From: Eledone cirrhosa
Taxonomy: Eukaryota
Assembly: GCA_964016885.1 (NCBI GenBank)
Contig: OZ024742.1
Span: 347,014,001 to 347,078,000 of the forward strand
Direction of reading: 5' to 3'
Length of the DNA: 64,000 bases
This document shows, one piece after another, positions 47,601 to 61,915 of this stretch (positions within the stretch are counted from its first letter, which is position 1; the number at the start of each line of letters is the position of its first letter). The translations under genes and the position numbers were made by a program. The notes below the pieces were generated by a model. The model was not told the origin of the DNA and did no database searches. It was given only the letters and a program-made list of their open reading frames with translations.

Positions 47601-50600
47601 GAAGTGGGAAAGAGATAGAGAGAGTGAGAGGGAATAGAAGTGGGAAAGAAATAGAGAGAGAGTGAGGGATAGAAGTGGGAAAGAGATAGAGAGAGAGTGA
47701 TGGGAATAGAAGTGGGAAAGAGATAGAGAGAGTGAGAGGGAATGGAAGTGGGAGAGAGTTAGAGAGAGTGAGGGAATGGAAGTGGGAGAGAGATTGAGAG
47801 AGTGAGGGAATGGAAGTGGGAGAGAGATTGAGAGAGTGAGAGAATAGATGTGGGAAAGAGATAGAGAGAGTGAGTGAGAATAGAAGTGGGAAAGAGATAG
47901 AGAGAGTGAGAGAGATTAGAAGTGGGAAAGAGATAGAGAGAGTGAGGGAATAGAAGTGGGAAAGAGATAGAGAGAGTGAGAGGGATAGGAAGTGGGAAGA
48001 GATAGAGAGAGTGAGAGGGAATGGAAGTGGGAAAGAGATAGAGAGAGTGAGAGAATAGAAGTGGGAAAGAGATAGAGAGAGTGAGAGGGAATAGAAGTGG
48101 GGAGAGATAGAGAGAGTGAGAGGAATGGAAGTGGGAAAGAATAGAGAGAGTGAGAGGGAATAGAAGTGGGAAAGAGATAGAGAGAGTGAGAGGGAATGGA
48201 AGTGGGAAGAGATAGAGAGAATGAGAGGGAATGGAAGTGGGAAAGAGATAGAGAGAGTGAGGGGAATGGAAGTGGGAAAGAGTTAGAGAGAGTGAGAGAA
48301 TAGAAGTGGGAAAGAGATAGAGAGAGTGAGAGAATAGAAGTGGGAAAGAGATAGAGAGAATGAGAGGGAATGGAAGTGGGAAAGAGATAGAGAAGTGAGG
48401 GAATGGAAGTGGGAAGAGATAGAGAGTGAGAGAATAGAAGTGGGAAGAGATGAGAGAGTGAGAGAATAGAAGTGGGAAAGAGATAGAGAGAATGAGAAGG
48501 AATGGAAGTGGGAAGAGATAGAGAGAGAGTGATGGAATAGAAGTGGGAAAGAGATAGAGAGAGTGAGAGAATAGAAGTGGAAGAGATAGAGAGAATGAGA
48601 GGGAATGGAAGTGGGAAGAGATAGAGAGAGTGTGAGGGAATAGAAGTGGGAAAGAGATAGAGAGAGTGAGAGGGAATAGAAGTGGGAAAGAGATAGAGAG
48701 AATGAGAGGGAATGGAAGTGGGAAAGAGATAGAGAGAGAGTGAGGGAATAGAAGTGGGAAAGAGATAGAGAGAGTGAGAGGGAATAGAAGTGGGAAAGAG
48801 ATAGAGAGAGTGAGAGAATAGAAGTGGGAAAGAGATAGAGAGAATGAGAGGAATGGAAGTGGGAAAGAGATAGAGAGAGTGAGGGAATGGAAGTGGGAAA
48901 GAGATAGAGAGAGTGAGAGAATAGAAGTGGGAAAGAGATAGAGAGAGTGAGAGAATAGAAGTGGAAAGAGATAGAGAGAATGAGAGGGAATGGAAGTGGG
49001 AAGAGATAGAGAGAGAGTGAGGGAATAGAAGTGGGAAAGAGATAGAGAGAGTGAGAGAATAGAAGTGGGAAAGAGATAGAGAGAATGAGAGGGAATGGAA
49101 GTGGGAAGAGATAGAGAGAGAGTGAGGGAATAGAAGTGGGAAAGAGATAGAGAGAGTGAGAGAATAGAAGTGGGAAAGAGATAGAGAGAATGAGAGGGAA
49201 TGGAAGTGGGAAGAGATAGAGAGAGAGTGAGGGAATAGAAGTGGGAAAGAGATAGAGAGAGTGAGAGGAATAGAAGTGGGAAAGAGATAGAGAGAATGAG
49301 AGGGAATGGAAGTGGGAAAGAGATAGAGAGAGTGTGAGGGAATAGAAGTGGGAAAGAGATAGAGAGAGTGAGAGAATAGAAGTGGGAAAGAGATAGAGAG
49401 AATGAGAGGGAATGGAAGTGGGAAGAGATAGAGAGAGAGTGAGGGAATAGAAGTGGGAAAGAGATAGAGAGAGTGAGAGAATAGAAGTGGGAAGAGATAG
49501 AGAGAGTGAGAGGAATAGAAGTGGGAAAGAGATAGAGAGAGTGAGGAGGGAATGGAAGTGGGAAAGAGATAGAGAGAGTGTGAGGGAATAGAAGTGGGAA
49601 GAGATAGAGAGAGTGAGAGGGAATAGAAGTGGGAAAGAGATAGAGAGAGTGAGGGAATAGAAGTGGGAAAGAGATAGGGAGAGTGAGAGAATAGAAGTGG
49701 GAAGAGATAGAGAGAGTGAGAGGTAATAGAAGTGGGAAAGAGATAGAGAGAGTGAGAGGGAATAGTAGTGGGAAAGAGATAGAGAGAGTGAGAGGAATAG
49801 GAGTGGAAAAGAGATAGAGAGAGTGAGGGAATGGAAGTGGGAAAGAGATAGAGAGCGAGTGAGGGAATGGAAGTGGGAAAGAGATAGAGAGAGTGAGAGG
49901 GAATAGTAGTGGGAAAGAGATAGAGAGAGTGAGAGGGAATGGAAGTGGGAAAGAGATAGAGAGAGTGAGAGAATAGAAGTGGAAAGAGATAGAGAGAGTG
50001 AGAGGGAATGGAAGTGGGAAAGAGATAGAGAGAGAGTGAGGGAATAGAAGTGGGAAAGAGATAGAGAGAGTGAGAGAATAGAAGTGGGAAAGAGATAGAG
50101 AGAGTGAGAGAATAGAGTGGGAAAGAGATAGAGAGAGTGAGAGAATAGAAGTGGGAAAGAGATAGAGAGAATGAGAGGGAATAGAAGTGGGAAAGAGATA
50201 GAGAGAGAGTGAGGGAATAGAAGTGGGAAAGAGATAGAGAGAGTGAGAGGGAATGGAAGTGGGAGAGAGATAGAGAGAGTGAGGGAATGGAAGTGGGAGA
50301 GAGATAGAGAGAGTGAGGGAATGGAAGAGGGAAAGAGATAGAGAGAGTGAGAGAGAATAGAAGTGGGAAAGAGATAGAGAGAGTGAGGGAATAGAAGTGG
50401 GAAAGAGATAGAGAGAGTGAGAGGGAATAGAAGTGGAAAGAGATAGAGAGAGTGAGAGGGAATGGAAGTGGGAAAGAGATAGAGAGAGTGAGAGAATAGA
50501 AGTGGGAAAGAGATAGAGAGAGTGAGAGGGAATAGAAGTGGGAGAGAGATTAGAGAGAGTGAGAGGGAATGGAAGTGGGAAAGAGATAGAGAGAGTGAGA

Positions 50601-53600
50601 GGGAATAGAAGTGGGAAAGAGATAGAGAGAGTGAGAGGAATGGAAGTGGGAAAGAGATAGAGAGAATGAGAGGGAATGGAAGTGGGAAGAGATAGAGAGA
50701 GTGAGGGAATGGAAGTGGGAAAGAGATAGAGAGAGTGAGAGAATAGAAGTGGGAAAGAGATAGAGAGAGTGAGAGAATAGAAGTGGGAAAGAGATAGAGA
50801 GATGAGAGGGAATGGAAGTGGAAAGAGATAGAGAGAGTGAGGGAATGGAAGTGGGAAAGAGATAGAGAGAGTGAGAGAATAGAAGTGGGAAAGAGATAGA
50901 GAGAGTGAGAGGGAATGGAAGTGGGAAAGAGATAGAGAGAGAGTGAGGGAATAGAAGTGGGAAAGAGATAGAGAGAGTGAGAGAATAGAAGTGGGAAAGA
51001 GATAGAGAGATGAGAGGGAATGGAAGTGGGAAAGAGATAGAGAGAGAGTGAGGGAATAGAAGTGGGAAAGAGATAGAGAGAGTGAGGGAATAGAAGTGGG
51101 AAAGAGATAGAGAGAGTGAGAGGGAATAGAAGTGGGAAAGAGATAGAGAGAGTGAGGGAATGGAAGTGGGAAAGAGATAGAGAGAGTGAGAGGGAATAGA
51201 AGTGGGAAAGAGATAGAGAGAGTGAGGGAATAGAAGTGGGAAAGAGATAGAGAGAGTGAGAGGGAATAGAAGTGGGAAGAGATAGAGAGAGTGAGGGAAT
51301 GGAAGTGGGAAAGAGATAGAGAGAGTGAGAGGAATAGAAGTGGGAAAGAGATAGAGAGAGTGAGGGAATGGAAGTGGGAAAGAGATAGAGAGAATGAGAG
51401 GGAATAGGAAGTGGGAAGAGATAGAGAGAGTGAGGAATGGAAGTGGAAAGAGATAGAGAGAGTGAGAGAATAGAAGTGGGAAAGAGATAGAGAGAGTGAG
51501 AGAATAGAAGTGGGAAAGAGATAGAGAGAATGAGAGGGAATGGAAGTGGGAAGAGATAGAGAGAGTGAGGGAATGGAAGTGGGAAAGAGATAGAGAGAGT
51601 GAGAGAATAGAAGTGGGAAAGAGATAGAGAGAGTGAGAGAATAGAAGTGGGAAAGAGATAGAGAGAATGAGAGGGAATGGAAGTGGGAAAGAGATAGAGA
51701 GAGAGTGAGGGAATAGAAGTGGGAAAGAGATAGAGAGAGTGAGAGAATAGAAGTGGGAAAGAGATAGAGAGAATGAGAGGGAATGGAAGTGGGAAAGAGA
51801 TAGAGAGAGAGTGAGAGAATAGAAGTGGGAAAGAGATAGAGAGAGTGAGAGGTAATAGAAGTGGGAAAGAGATAGAGAGAGTGAGAGGGAATAGTAGTGG
51901 GAAAGAGATAGAGAGAGTGAGAGGGAATAGGAGTGGAAAAGAGATAGAGAGAGTGAGGGAATGGAAGTGGGAAAGAGATAGGAGAGTGAGGAATGGAAGT
52001 GGGAAGAGATAGAGAGAGTGAGAGGGAATAGTAGTGGGAAAGCGATAGAGAGAGTGAGAGGGAATGGAAGTGGGAAAGAGATAGAGAGAGTGAGAGAATA
52101 GAAGTGGAAAGAGATAGAGAGAGTGAGAGGGAATGGAAGTGGGAAAGAGATAGAGAGAGTGAGAGGGAATAGGTGGGAAAGAGATAGAGAGAGTGAGAGG
52201 GAATGGAAGTGGGAAAGAGATAGAGAGAGAGTGAGGGATAGAAGTGGGAAAGAGATAGAGAGAGTGAGAGAATAGAAGTGGGAAAAGAGATAGAGAGTGA
52301 GAGAATAGAAGTGGGAAAGAGATAGAGAGAGTGAGAGAATAGAAGTGGGAAAGAGATAGAGAGAATGAGAGGGAATAGAAGTGGGAAAGAGATAGAGAGA
52401 GAGTGAGGGAATAGAAGTGGGAAAGAGATAGAGAGAGTGAGAGGGAATGGAAGTGGGAGAGAGATAGAGAGAGTGAGGGAATGGAAGTGGGAGAGAGATA
52501 GAGAGAGTGAGGGAATGGAAGAGGGAAAGAGATAGAGAGAGTGAGAGAGAATAGAAGTGGGAAAGAGATAGAGAGAGTGAGGGAATAGAAGTGGGAAAGA
52601 GATAGAGAGAGTGAGAGGGAATAGAAGTGGGAAAGAGATAGAGAGAGTGAGAGGGAATGGAAGTGGGAAAGAGATAGAGAGAGTGAGAGAATAGAAGTGG
52701 GAAAGAGATAGAGAGAGTGAGAGGGAATAGAAGTGGGAGAGAGATAGAGAGAGTGAGAGGGAATGGAAGTGGGAAAGAGATAGAGAGAGTGAGAGGGAAT
52801 AGAAGTGGGAAAGAGATAGAGAGAGTGAGAGGGAATGGAAGTGGGAAAGAGATAGAGAGAATGAGAGGGAATGGAAGTGGGAAAGAGATAGAGAGAGTGA
52901 GGAATGGAAGTGGGAAAGAGATAGAGAGAGTGAGAGAATAGAAGTGGGAAGAGATAGAGAGGTGAGGAATAGAAGTGGGAAAGAGATAGAGAGAGTGAGA
53001 GGGAATGGAAGTGGGAAAGAGATAGAGAGAGTGAGGGAATAGATGTGGGAAAGAGATAGAGAGAGTGAGAGAATAGAAGTGGGAAAGAGATAGAGAGAGT
53101 GAGAGGGAATGGAAGTGGGAAAGAGATAGAGAGAGAGTGAGGGAATAGAAGTGGAAAGAGATAGAGAGAGTGAGAGAATAGAAGTGGGAAAGAGATAGAG
53201 AGAGTGAGGGAATGGAAGTGGGAAAGAGATAGAGAGAGTGAGAGGAATAGAAGTGGGAAAGAGATAGAGAGAGTGAGAGGAATAGAAGTGGGAAAGAGAT
53301 AGAGAGAGTGAGAGGGAATAGAAGTGGGAAAGAGATAGAGAGAGTGAGGGATGGAAGTGGAAAGAGATAGAGAGAGTGAGAGGGAATAGAAGTGGGAAAG
53401 AGATAGAGAGAGTGAGGAATAGAAGTGGAAAGAGATAGAGAGAGTGAGAGGGAATAGAAGTGGGAAAGAGATAGAGAGAGTGAGGGAATGGAAGTGGGAA
53501 AGAGATAGAGAGAGTGAGGGAATAGAAGTGGGAAAGAGATAGAGAGAGTGAGGGAATGGAAGTGGGAAAGAGATAGAGAGAGTGAGAGGAATGGAAGTGG

Positions 53601-56600
53601 GAAAGAGATAGAGAGAGTGAGGGAATGGAAGTGGGAAAGAGATAGAGAGAGTGAGAGAATAGAAGTGGGAAAGAGATAGAGAGAGTGAGAGAATAGAAGT
53701 GGGAAAGAGATAGAGAGAATGAGAGGGAATGGAAGTGGGAAAGAGATAGAGAGAGTGAGGGAATGAAGTGGGAAAGAGATAGAGAGAGTGAGAGAATAGA
53801 AGTGGGAAAGGATAGAGAGAGTGAGAGGAATAGAAGTGGGAAAGAGATAGAGAGATGAGAGGGAATGGAAGTGGGAAAGAGATAGAGAGAGAGTGAGGGA
53901 ATAGAAGTGGGAAAGAGATAGAGAGAGTGAGAGAATAGAAGTGGGAAAGAGATAGAGAGAATGAGAGGGAATGGAAGTGGGAAAGAGATAGAGAGAGTGA
54001 GGGAATAGAAGTGGGAAAGAGATAGAGAGAGTGAGAGGGAATAGAAGTGGGAAAGAGATAGAGAGAGTGAGAGGGAATGGAAGTGGGAAAGAGATAGAGA
54101 GAGAGTGAGGGAATGGAAGTGGGAAGAGATAGAGAGAGTGAGAGGGAATAGAAGTGGGAAAGAGATAGAGAGAGTGAGAGGAATAGAAGTGGGAAAGAGA
54201 TAGAGAGATTGAGAGGGAATGGAAGTGGGAAAGAGATAGAGAGAGTGAGGGAATGGAAGTGGGAAAGAGATAGAGAGAGTGAGAGAATAGAAGTGGGAAA
54301 GAGATAGAGAGAGTGAGAGAATAGAAGTGGGAAAGAGATAGAGAGAATGAGGGAATGGAAGTGGGAAAGAGATAGAGAGAGTGAGGGATAGAAGTGGGAA
54401 GAGATAGAGAGAGTGAGAGAATAGAAGTGGGAAAGAGATAGAGAGAATGAGAGGGAATGGAAGTGGGAAAGAGATAGAGAGAGAGTGAGGAATAGAAGTG
54501 GGAAAGAGATAGAGAGAGTGAGAGAATAGAAGTGGGAAAGAGATAGAGAGAATGAGAGGGAATGGAAGTGGGAAAGAGATAGAGAGAGTGAGGGATAGAA
54601 GTGGGAAAGAGTTAGAGAGTGAGGAATAGAATGGAAGAGATAGAGAGAGTGAGAGAATAGAAGTGGGAAAGAGATAGAGAGTGAGAGGGAATGAAGTGGG
54701 AAAGAGATAGAGAGAGTGAGAGGAATAGATGTGGGAAAGAGATAGAGAGAGTGAGAGGGAATAGAAGTGGAAGAGATAGAGAGAGTGAGGGAATAGAAGT
54801 GGGAAAGAGATAGAGAGAGTGAGAGGAATAGAAGTGGGAAAGAGATAGAGAGAGTGAGAGGAATAGAAGTGGGAAAGAGATAGAGAGAGTGAGAGGGAAT
54901 GGAAGTGGGAAAGAGATAGAGAGGAGTGAGAGGGAATAGAAGTGGGAAAGAGATAGAGAGAGTGAGAGGGAATAGGAAGTGGGAAAGAGATAGAGAGAGA
55001 GTGAGGGAATGGAAGTGGGAAAGAGATAGAGAGAGTGAGAGGGAATAGAAGTGGGAAAGAGATAGAGAGAGTGAGAGGGAATGGAAGTGGGAAAGAGATA
55101 GAGAGAGTGAGAGAATAGAAGTGGGAAAGAGATAGAGAGAGTGAGAGGAATGGAAGTGGGAAAGAGATAGAGAGAGTGAGAGGGAATAGTAGTGGGAAAG
55201 AGATAGAGAGAGTGAGAGGGAATGGAAGTGGGAAAGAGATAGAGAGAGAGTGAGGGAATAGAAGTGGAAAGAGAGTAGAGAGAGTGAGAGAATAGAAGTG
55301 GGAAAGAGATAGAGAGAGTGAGAGAATAGGAAGTGGGAAAGAGATAGAGAGAGTGAGAGAATAGAAGTGGGAAAGAGATAGAGAGATGAGAGGGAATGGA
55401 AGTGGGAAAGAGATAGAGAGAGAGTGAGGGAATAGAAGTGGGAAAGAGATAGAGAGAGTGAGAGAATAGAAGTGGGAAAGAGATAGAGAGAGTGAGAGGG
55501 AATGGAAGTGGGAAAGAGATAGAGAGAGAGAGAGGGAATAGAAGTGGAAAGAGATAGAGAGAGTGAGGAATGGAAGTGGGAAAGAGATAGAGAGAGAGTG
55601 AGGGAATGGAAGTGGGAAAGAGATAGAGAGAGTGAGAGGGAATAGTAGTGGGAAGAGATAGAGAGAGTGAGAGGGAATGGAAGTGGGAAAGAGATAGAGA
55701 GAGTGAGAGAATAGAAGTGGGAAAGAGATAGAGAGAGTGAGATTGAATGGAAGTGGGAAAGAGATTAGAGAGAGTGAGAGGGAATAGTAGTGGGAAAGAG
55801 ATAGAGAGAGTGAGAGGGAATGGAAGTGGGAAAGAGATAGAGAGAGAGTGAGGGAATAGAAGTGGGAAAGAGATAGAGAGAGTGAGGAGAATAGAAGTGG
55901 GAAAGAGATAGAGAGAGTGAGAGAATAGAAGTGGGAAGAGATAGAGAGAGTGAGAGAATAGAAGTGGGAAAGAGATAGAGAGAATGAGAGGGAATGGAAG
56001 TGGGAAAGAGATAGGAGAGAGTGAGGGAATAGAAGTGGGAAAGAGATAGAGAGAGTGAGAGGGAATGGAAGTGGGAGAGAGATAGAGAGAGTGAGGGAAT
56101 GGAAGTGGGAGAGAGATAGAGAGAGTGAGGGAATGAAGATGGGAAAGAGAGATAGAGTGAGTGAGAGAGAATAGAAGTGGGAAAGAGATAGAGAGAGTGA
56201 GGGAATAGAAGTGGGAAAGAGATAGAGAGAGTGAGAGGGAATAGAAGTGGGAAAGAGATAGAGAGAGTGAGAGGGAATGGAAGTGGGAAAGAGATAGAGA
56301 GAGTGAGAGAATGAAGTGGAAAGAGATAGAGAGAGTGAGAGGGAATAGAAGTGGGAGAGAGATAGAGAGAGTGAGAGGGAATGGAAGTGGGAAAGAGATA
56401 GAGAGAGTGAGAGGGAATAGAAGTGGGAAAGAGATAGAGAGAGTGAGAGGGAATGGAAGTGGGAAAGAGATAGAGAGATGAGAGGGAATGGAAGTGGGAA
56501 AGAGATAGAGAGAGTGAGGGATGGAAGTGGGAAGAGATAGAGAGAGTGAGGAGAATGAAGTGGGAAAGAGATAGAGAGAGTGAGAGAATAGAAGTGGGAA

Positions 56601-58887
56601 AGAGATAGAGAGAGTGAGAGGGAATGGAAGTGGGAAAGAGATAGAGAGAGTGAGGGAATGAAGTGGGAAAGAGATAGAGAGAGTGAGAGAATAGAAGTGG
56701 GAAAGAGATAGAGAGAGTGAGAGGGAATGGAAGTGGGAAAGAGATAGAGAGAGAGTGAGGGAATAGAAGTGGGAAAGAGATAGAGAGAGTGAGAGGAATA
56801 GAAGTGGGAAAGAGATAGAGAGAATGAGAGGGAATGGAAGTGGGAAGAGATAGAGAGAGAGTGAGGGAATAGAAGTGGGAAAGAGATAGAGAGAGTGAGG
56901 GAATAGAAGTGGGAAAGAGATAGAGAGAGTGAGGGAATAGAAGTGGGAAAGAGATAGAGAGAGTGAGGGAATGGAAGTGGGAAAGAGATAGAGAGAGTGA
57001 GAGGGAATGGAAGTGGGAAAGAGATAGAGAGAGTGAGGGAATAGAAGTGGGAAAGAGATAGAGAGAGTGAGAGGGAATAGAAGTGGGAAAGAGATAGAGA
57101 GAGTGAGGGAATGGAAGTGGGAAAGAGATAGAGAGAGTGAGAGGGAATAGAAGTGGGAAAGAGATAGAGAGAGTGAGGGAATGGAAGTGGGAAAGAGATA
57201 GAGAGAATGAGAGGAATGAAGTGGGAAAGAGATAGAGAGAGTGAGGGAATTGGAAGTGGGAAAGAGATAGAGAGAGTGAGAGAATAGAAGTGGGAAAGAG
57301 ATAGAGAGAGTGAGAGAATAGAAGTGGGAAAGAGATAGAGAGAATGAGAGGGAATGGAAGTGGGAAAGAGATAGAGAGAGTGAGGGATGGAAGTGGGAAA
57401 GAGATAGAGAGAGTGAGAGAATAGAAGTGGGAAAGAGATAGAGAGAGTGAGAGAATAGAAGTGGGAAAGAGATAGAGAGAATGAGAGGGAATGGAAGTGG
57501 GAAAGAGATAGAGAGAGAGTGAGGGAATAGAAGTGGGAAAGAGATAGAGAGAGTGAGAGAATAGAAGTGGGAAAGAGATAGAGAGAATGAGAGGGAATGG
57601 AAGTGGGAAAGAGATAGAGAGAGAGTGAGGGAATAGAAGTGGGAAAGAGATAGAGAGAGTGAGAGGAATAGAAGTGGGAAAGAGATAGAGAGAATGAGAG
57701 GGAATGGAAGTGGGAAGAGATAGAGAGAGAGTGAGGGAATAGAAGTGGGAAAGAGATAGAGAGAGTGAGAGGGAATAGAAGTGGGAAAGAGATAGAGAGA
57801 GTGAGAGAATAGAAGTGGGAAAGAGATTAGAGAGAATGAGAGGGAATGGAAGTGGGAAAGAGATAGAGAGAGTGAGGGATGGAAGTGGGAAGAGATAGAG
57901 AGAGTGAGAGAATAGAAGTGGGAAAGAGATAGAGAGAGTGAGAGAATAGAAGTGGGAAAGAGATAGAGAGAATGAGAGGGAATGAAGTGGGAAAGAGATA
58001 GAGAGAGAGTGAGGAATAGAAGTGGGAAAGAGATAGAGAGAGTGAGAGAATAGAAGTGGGAAAGAGATAGAGAGAATGAGAGGGAATGGAAGTGGGAAAG
58101 AGATAGAGAGAGAGTGAGGGAATAGAAGTGGGAAAGAGATAGAGAGAGTGAGGAATAGAAGTGGGAAAGAGATAGAGAGATTGAGAGGGAATGAAGTGGG
58201 AAAGAGATAGAGAGAGAGTGAGGGGATAGAAGTGGGAAAGAGATAGAGAGAGTGAGAGAATAGAAGTGGGAAAGAGATAGAGAGAGTGAGAGGGATAGAA
58301 GTGGGAAAGAGATAGAGAGAATGAGAGGGAAGGAAGTGGGAAAGAGATAGGAGAGTGAGGGAATAGAAGTGGGAAGAGATAGAGAGAGTGAGAGGGAATA
58401 GAAGTGGGAAAGAGATAGAGAGAGTGAGGGAATTGAAGTGGGAAAGAGATAGGGAGAGTGAGAGAATAGAGTGGGAAAGAGATAGAGAGAGTGAGGGGAT
58501 TGAAGTGGGGAAGAGATAGAGAGAGTGAGAGGGAATAGTAGTGGGAAAGAGATAGAGAGAGTGAGAGGGAATAGAAGTGGAAAGAGATAGAGAGAGTGAG
58601 AGGAATGGAAGTGGGAAAGAGATAGAGAGAGTGAGGGAATGGAAGTGGGAAAGAGATAGAGAGAGTGAGAGGGAATAGTAGTGGGAAAGAGATAGAGAGA
58701 GTGAGAGGGAATGGAAGTGGGAAAGAGATAGAGAGAGTGAGAGGGAATAGAAGTGGGGAAAGAGATAGAGAGAGTGAGAGGGAATGAAGTGGAAAGAGAT
58801 AGAGAGAGTGAGAGGGAATAGGAAGTGGGAAGAGATAGAGAGAGTGAGAGGAATGGAAGTGGGAAAGAGATAGAGAGAGAGTGAGGG
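44660..58887. repeat. ~14.2-kb purine-rich satellite, 33-35-bp unit GAGATAGAGAGAGTGAG(AG)GGAAT(A/G)GAAGTGGGAAA
   Basis: Continuous tandem units up to the gap; C almost absent on + strand. Confidence 0.97.
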
Positions 58888-59087
58888 NNNNNNNNNNNNN
58901 NNNNNNNNNNNNNNNNNNNNNNNNNNNNNNNNNNNNNNNNNNNNNNNNNNNNNNNNNNNNNNNNNNNNNNNNNNNNNNNNNNNNNNNNNNNNNNNNNNNN
59001 NNNNNNNNNNNNNNNNNNNNNNNNNNNNNNNNNNNNNNNNNNNNNNNNNNNNNNNNNNNNNNNNNNNNNNNNNNNNNNNNNNNNNNN
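58888..59087. other. Assembly gap (200 N)
   Basis: Run of N. Confidence 1.
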
Positions 59088-61639
59088 AAGGTAGCTTGGA
59101 AGTGTCACTACGAAAGGCTTCTAAATGAGGAGAACAAATGGGAGAAAGACAGTCTCCCCACATCGACCAATAGAGGGACCAGCACTGTTAGTCCAGGGTA
59201 GTACAATAAGCAAGGCAATCAAAGATATGAAGACTGAAGCGCTATTTTCGATAGTTGCTATTGATGGCTGTCGTAGTAACTTTAGTTTTTTTTTTTTATT
59301 TTTATTTTTCTTTTTCTTATTATCTTTTTTTTTTTATTTTTTTATATTTTTTTTTATATTTCTTTATTTTCTTTTTTTTTATTATTTTTTATTTTTTTTT
59401 TTTCTTTTTATCTTTTTTATTTTTTTTTTTTTCTTTTTTTATTTTATTTTTTTTTTTTCTTTTTATATATTTTTTTTTTATTTTTTATACTTTTTTATAT
59501 TTTTTTTTTTTATTTTTTCTTATTAATTTCTTTTAAGGCGGCTGGTCTTTCGGAAATAGTTGCTGAGATGCTGAAGGCATCTGGTTCGGTGGGACACACC
59601 ATGGTCACCCGGATAGTTAACCAAGTCGTACAGAATGGGGTTGTTCCGAAGGACTGGCGTAGCAGCATCATCGTTAACTGCTATAAGGGAAAAGGAGATG
59701 CCCTAGATAGGAGTAACTATAGAGGCATTAAATTAATCGACCAGGTCATGAAGGTCACGGAAAAAGTAATAGCGCAACTAATCAGAGAGAGAATTGATCT
59801 AGATGAAATGCAGTTCGGTTTGTGTCAGGCAAAAGTACCACAGACGCTCTTTTCATTGTACGACAACTACAGGAGAAGTACCTAGCTAAAGTAAACCCCT
59901 ATACTTAGCTTTCGTCGACTTGGAGAAAGCCTTCGACAGAGTCCCCCGTTCCATTATCTGGTGGTCTCTTAGAAAACTAGGTGTTGACGAATGGCTTGTG
60001 AGAGCTATACAAGCCATGTATAAAGAAACAGTCAGTAAGGTTAGAATAACAACGAATATAGTGAAGAGTTTAGCGTAAAAGTTGGTGTCCATCAGGCTCT
60101 GTTCTTAGCCCCTACTATTTATTATTGCCCTTCAGGCTATAACAGAGGAGTTCAAGACCGGCTGCCCATGGGAACTCCTATACGCAGATGATCTAACGCT
60201 CATAGCTGAATCAATGACCGAACTAGAGAAAGAAATTCCAAACATGGAAGCACGGCCTAGAATCAAAAGGCCTTAAATTAACCTGGCTAAGACTAAAGTT
60301 CTAGTTTGTAGGAAAGAAAATAAGGCGGCAGGCCCATCTGGGAAATGGCCATGCTCAGTGTGTAGGAAAGGCGTAGGTAGAAACTCCATTTTATGTCCCA
60401 AATGCAAAGTATGGGTGCATAAAAGATGTAGTGGGATCACAGGTAAGCTAACTAAGAACATAGATTTTACATGTGGCTGGTGCTCTGGTGCAATAAGTAG
60501 CAGCAAGTGCCCACAAAATACTAGCTCCTTCAACTGCGCAGAGGGTTCTATAGAAATAGTGGACAGCTTCCGTTACCTGGGTGACAAAATCAGCAGTGGG
60601 GGAGGGTGCTCTGAAAGTACAGTAGCTAGAGTCAGAACTGGATGGAAAAAGTTCAGAGAGCTTATACCACTATTAGCTGCTAGAGGGTTCTCCCTAAAAA
60701 TGAAAGGCAGGTCATACGATGCCTGCATACGAACAGCAATGCTGCATGGCAGTGAGACCTGGGCATTGTGTGCAGAGGATATACGCAGACTAGAGAGGAA
60801 CGAAGCTTGCATGCTCCGCTGGATGTGCAATAGTTATATACGTGAACGGCAAAGCATAAACGAACGAAGGAAAAAATTAGAAATAAGAGGGATCAGATGT
60901 TGTTTACTCGAGAGAAGGCTACGTTGGTATGGACACGTGATGCGCATGAAAGACGACAGCTGTATAACAAAGTGCAGGGCAATAAAGATAGACGGTAGCC
61001 ACGGAGTAGGCAGACCCAGAAAAACATGGGACGAGCTGATAAATTCCGACCTCACACGCTTACACCTCTCCAAGACAATGTCACTGGACCGAGACCTTTG
61101 GCGGTACTCAGTAATAGAGAAGACCCGCCTTACCTAAATACAAAGTAAAAACCTACTACAGTCAGTAGGCATCTCTATCAAAACACCCCCCCGTCCCACC
61201 ACCTCCACCCCATCCACACCGCCCCTTTCAATGTAAAGTTATGTTGGTCCCACAACATCCAGGCCGAAACAAATGAGATCGTGTAGGTGTCACGATAAAA
61301 AAACACACAGTCCACGCTGTAAATGTGGCCGTGTAGGCAACACGGTAAAAACCTCCCAGCCCCACACTGTAAATGTGGTTGGTGTTAGGAAGGGCATCCA
61401 GCTGTAGAAAACCCGCCAGACAGTCCACGCTGTAATGTGGCCGTGTAAGCAACACGGTAAAAACCTCCCAGCCCCACACTGTAAATGTGGTTGGTGTTAG
61501 GAAGGGCATCCAACTGTAGAAAACCCGCCAGACAGTCCTATGCGAGCAAGACAACCACTCTTGCCTCAAGTGGGAAAACCCCCGTCCAAACCCATGCAAG
61601 CGTGGAACACGGACGCTAAACCTGATGATGATGATGATG

Positions 61640-61640
<1 letters not shown>
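59088..61640 (+). mobile_element. RTE-clade LINE, frameshifted RT, 3' UTR and (TGA)n tail
   Basis: YKGKGD..NYRGIKL, FVDLEKAFDRVP, LLYADDL, RRLRWYGHVMRM, GRPRKTW; ends GGACGCTAAACC(TGA)n then (TA)n. Confidence 0.9.
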
Positions 61641-61672
<32 letters not shown>

Positions 61673-61692
61673 CACATATATATATATACGTA

Positions 61693-61750
<58 letters not shown>

Positions 61751-61771
61751 ACACATATATATATATACGTA

Positions 61772-61805
<34 letters not shown>

Positions 61806-61915
61806 CAGTATTTTCCGTTGTGTTGTAATATAAATATTACACACAGTAGATTACCAGCTCACGTAGAGTTTGCTCGACGGTTCCAGTTGTAGTTCCAAAA
61901 GTAATCCGGAGAAAA

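Noticed and set aside
54612-59163. 1498-aa and 1132-aa minus-strand ORFs
   Set aside because: Translations of the pyrimidine strand of the satellite across an N gap; they lack stops only through composition.
59238-59535. T-rich insert in the RTE ORF as an intron
   Set aside because: Ends in TTTTAAG but has no GT donor at the left break; more likely a low-complexity insertion or poor sequence near the gap.
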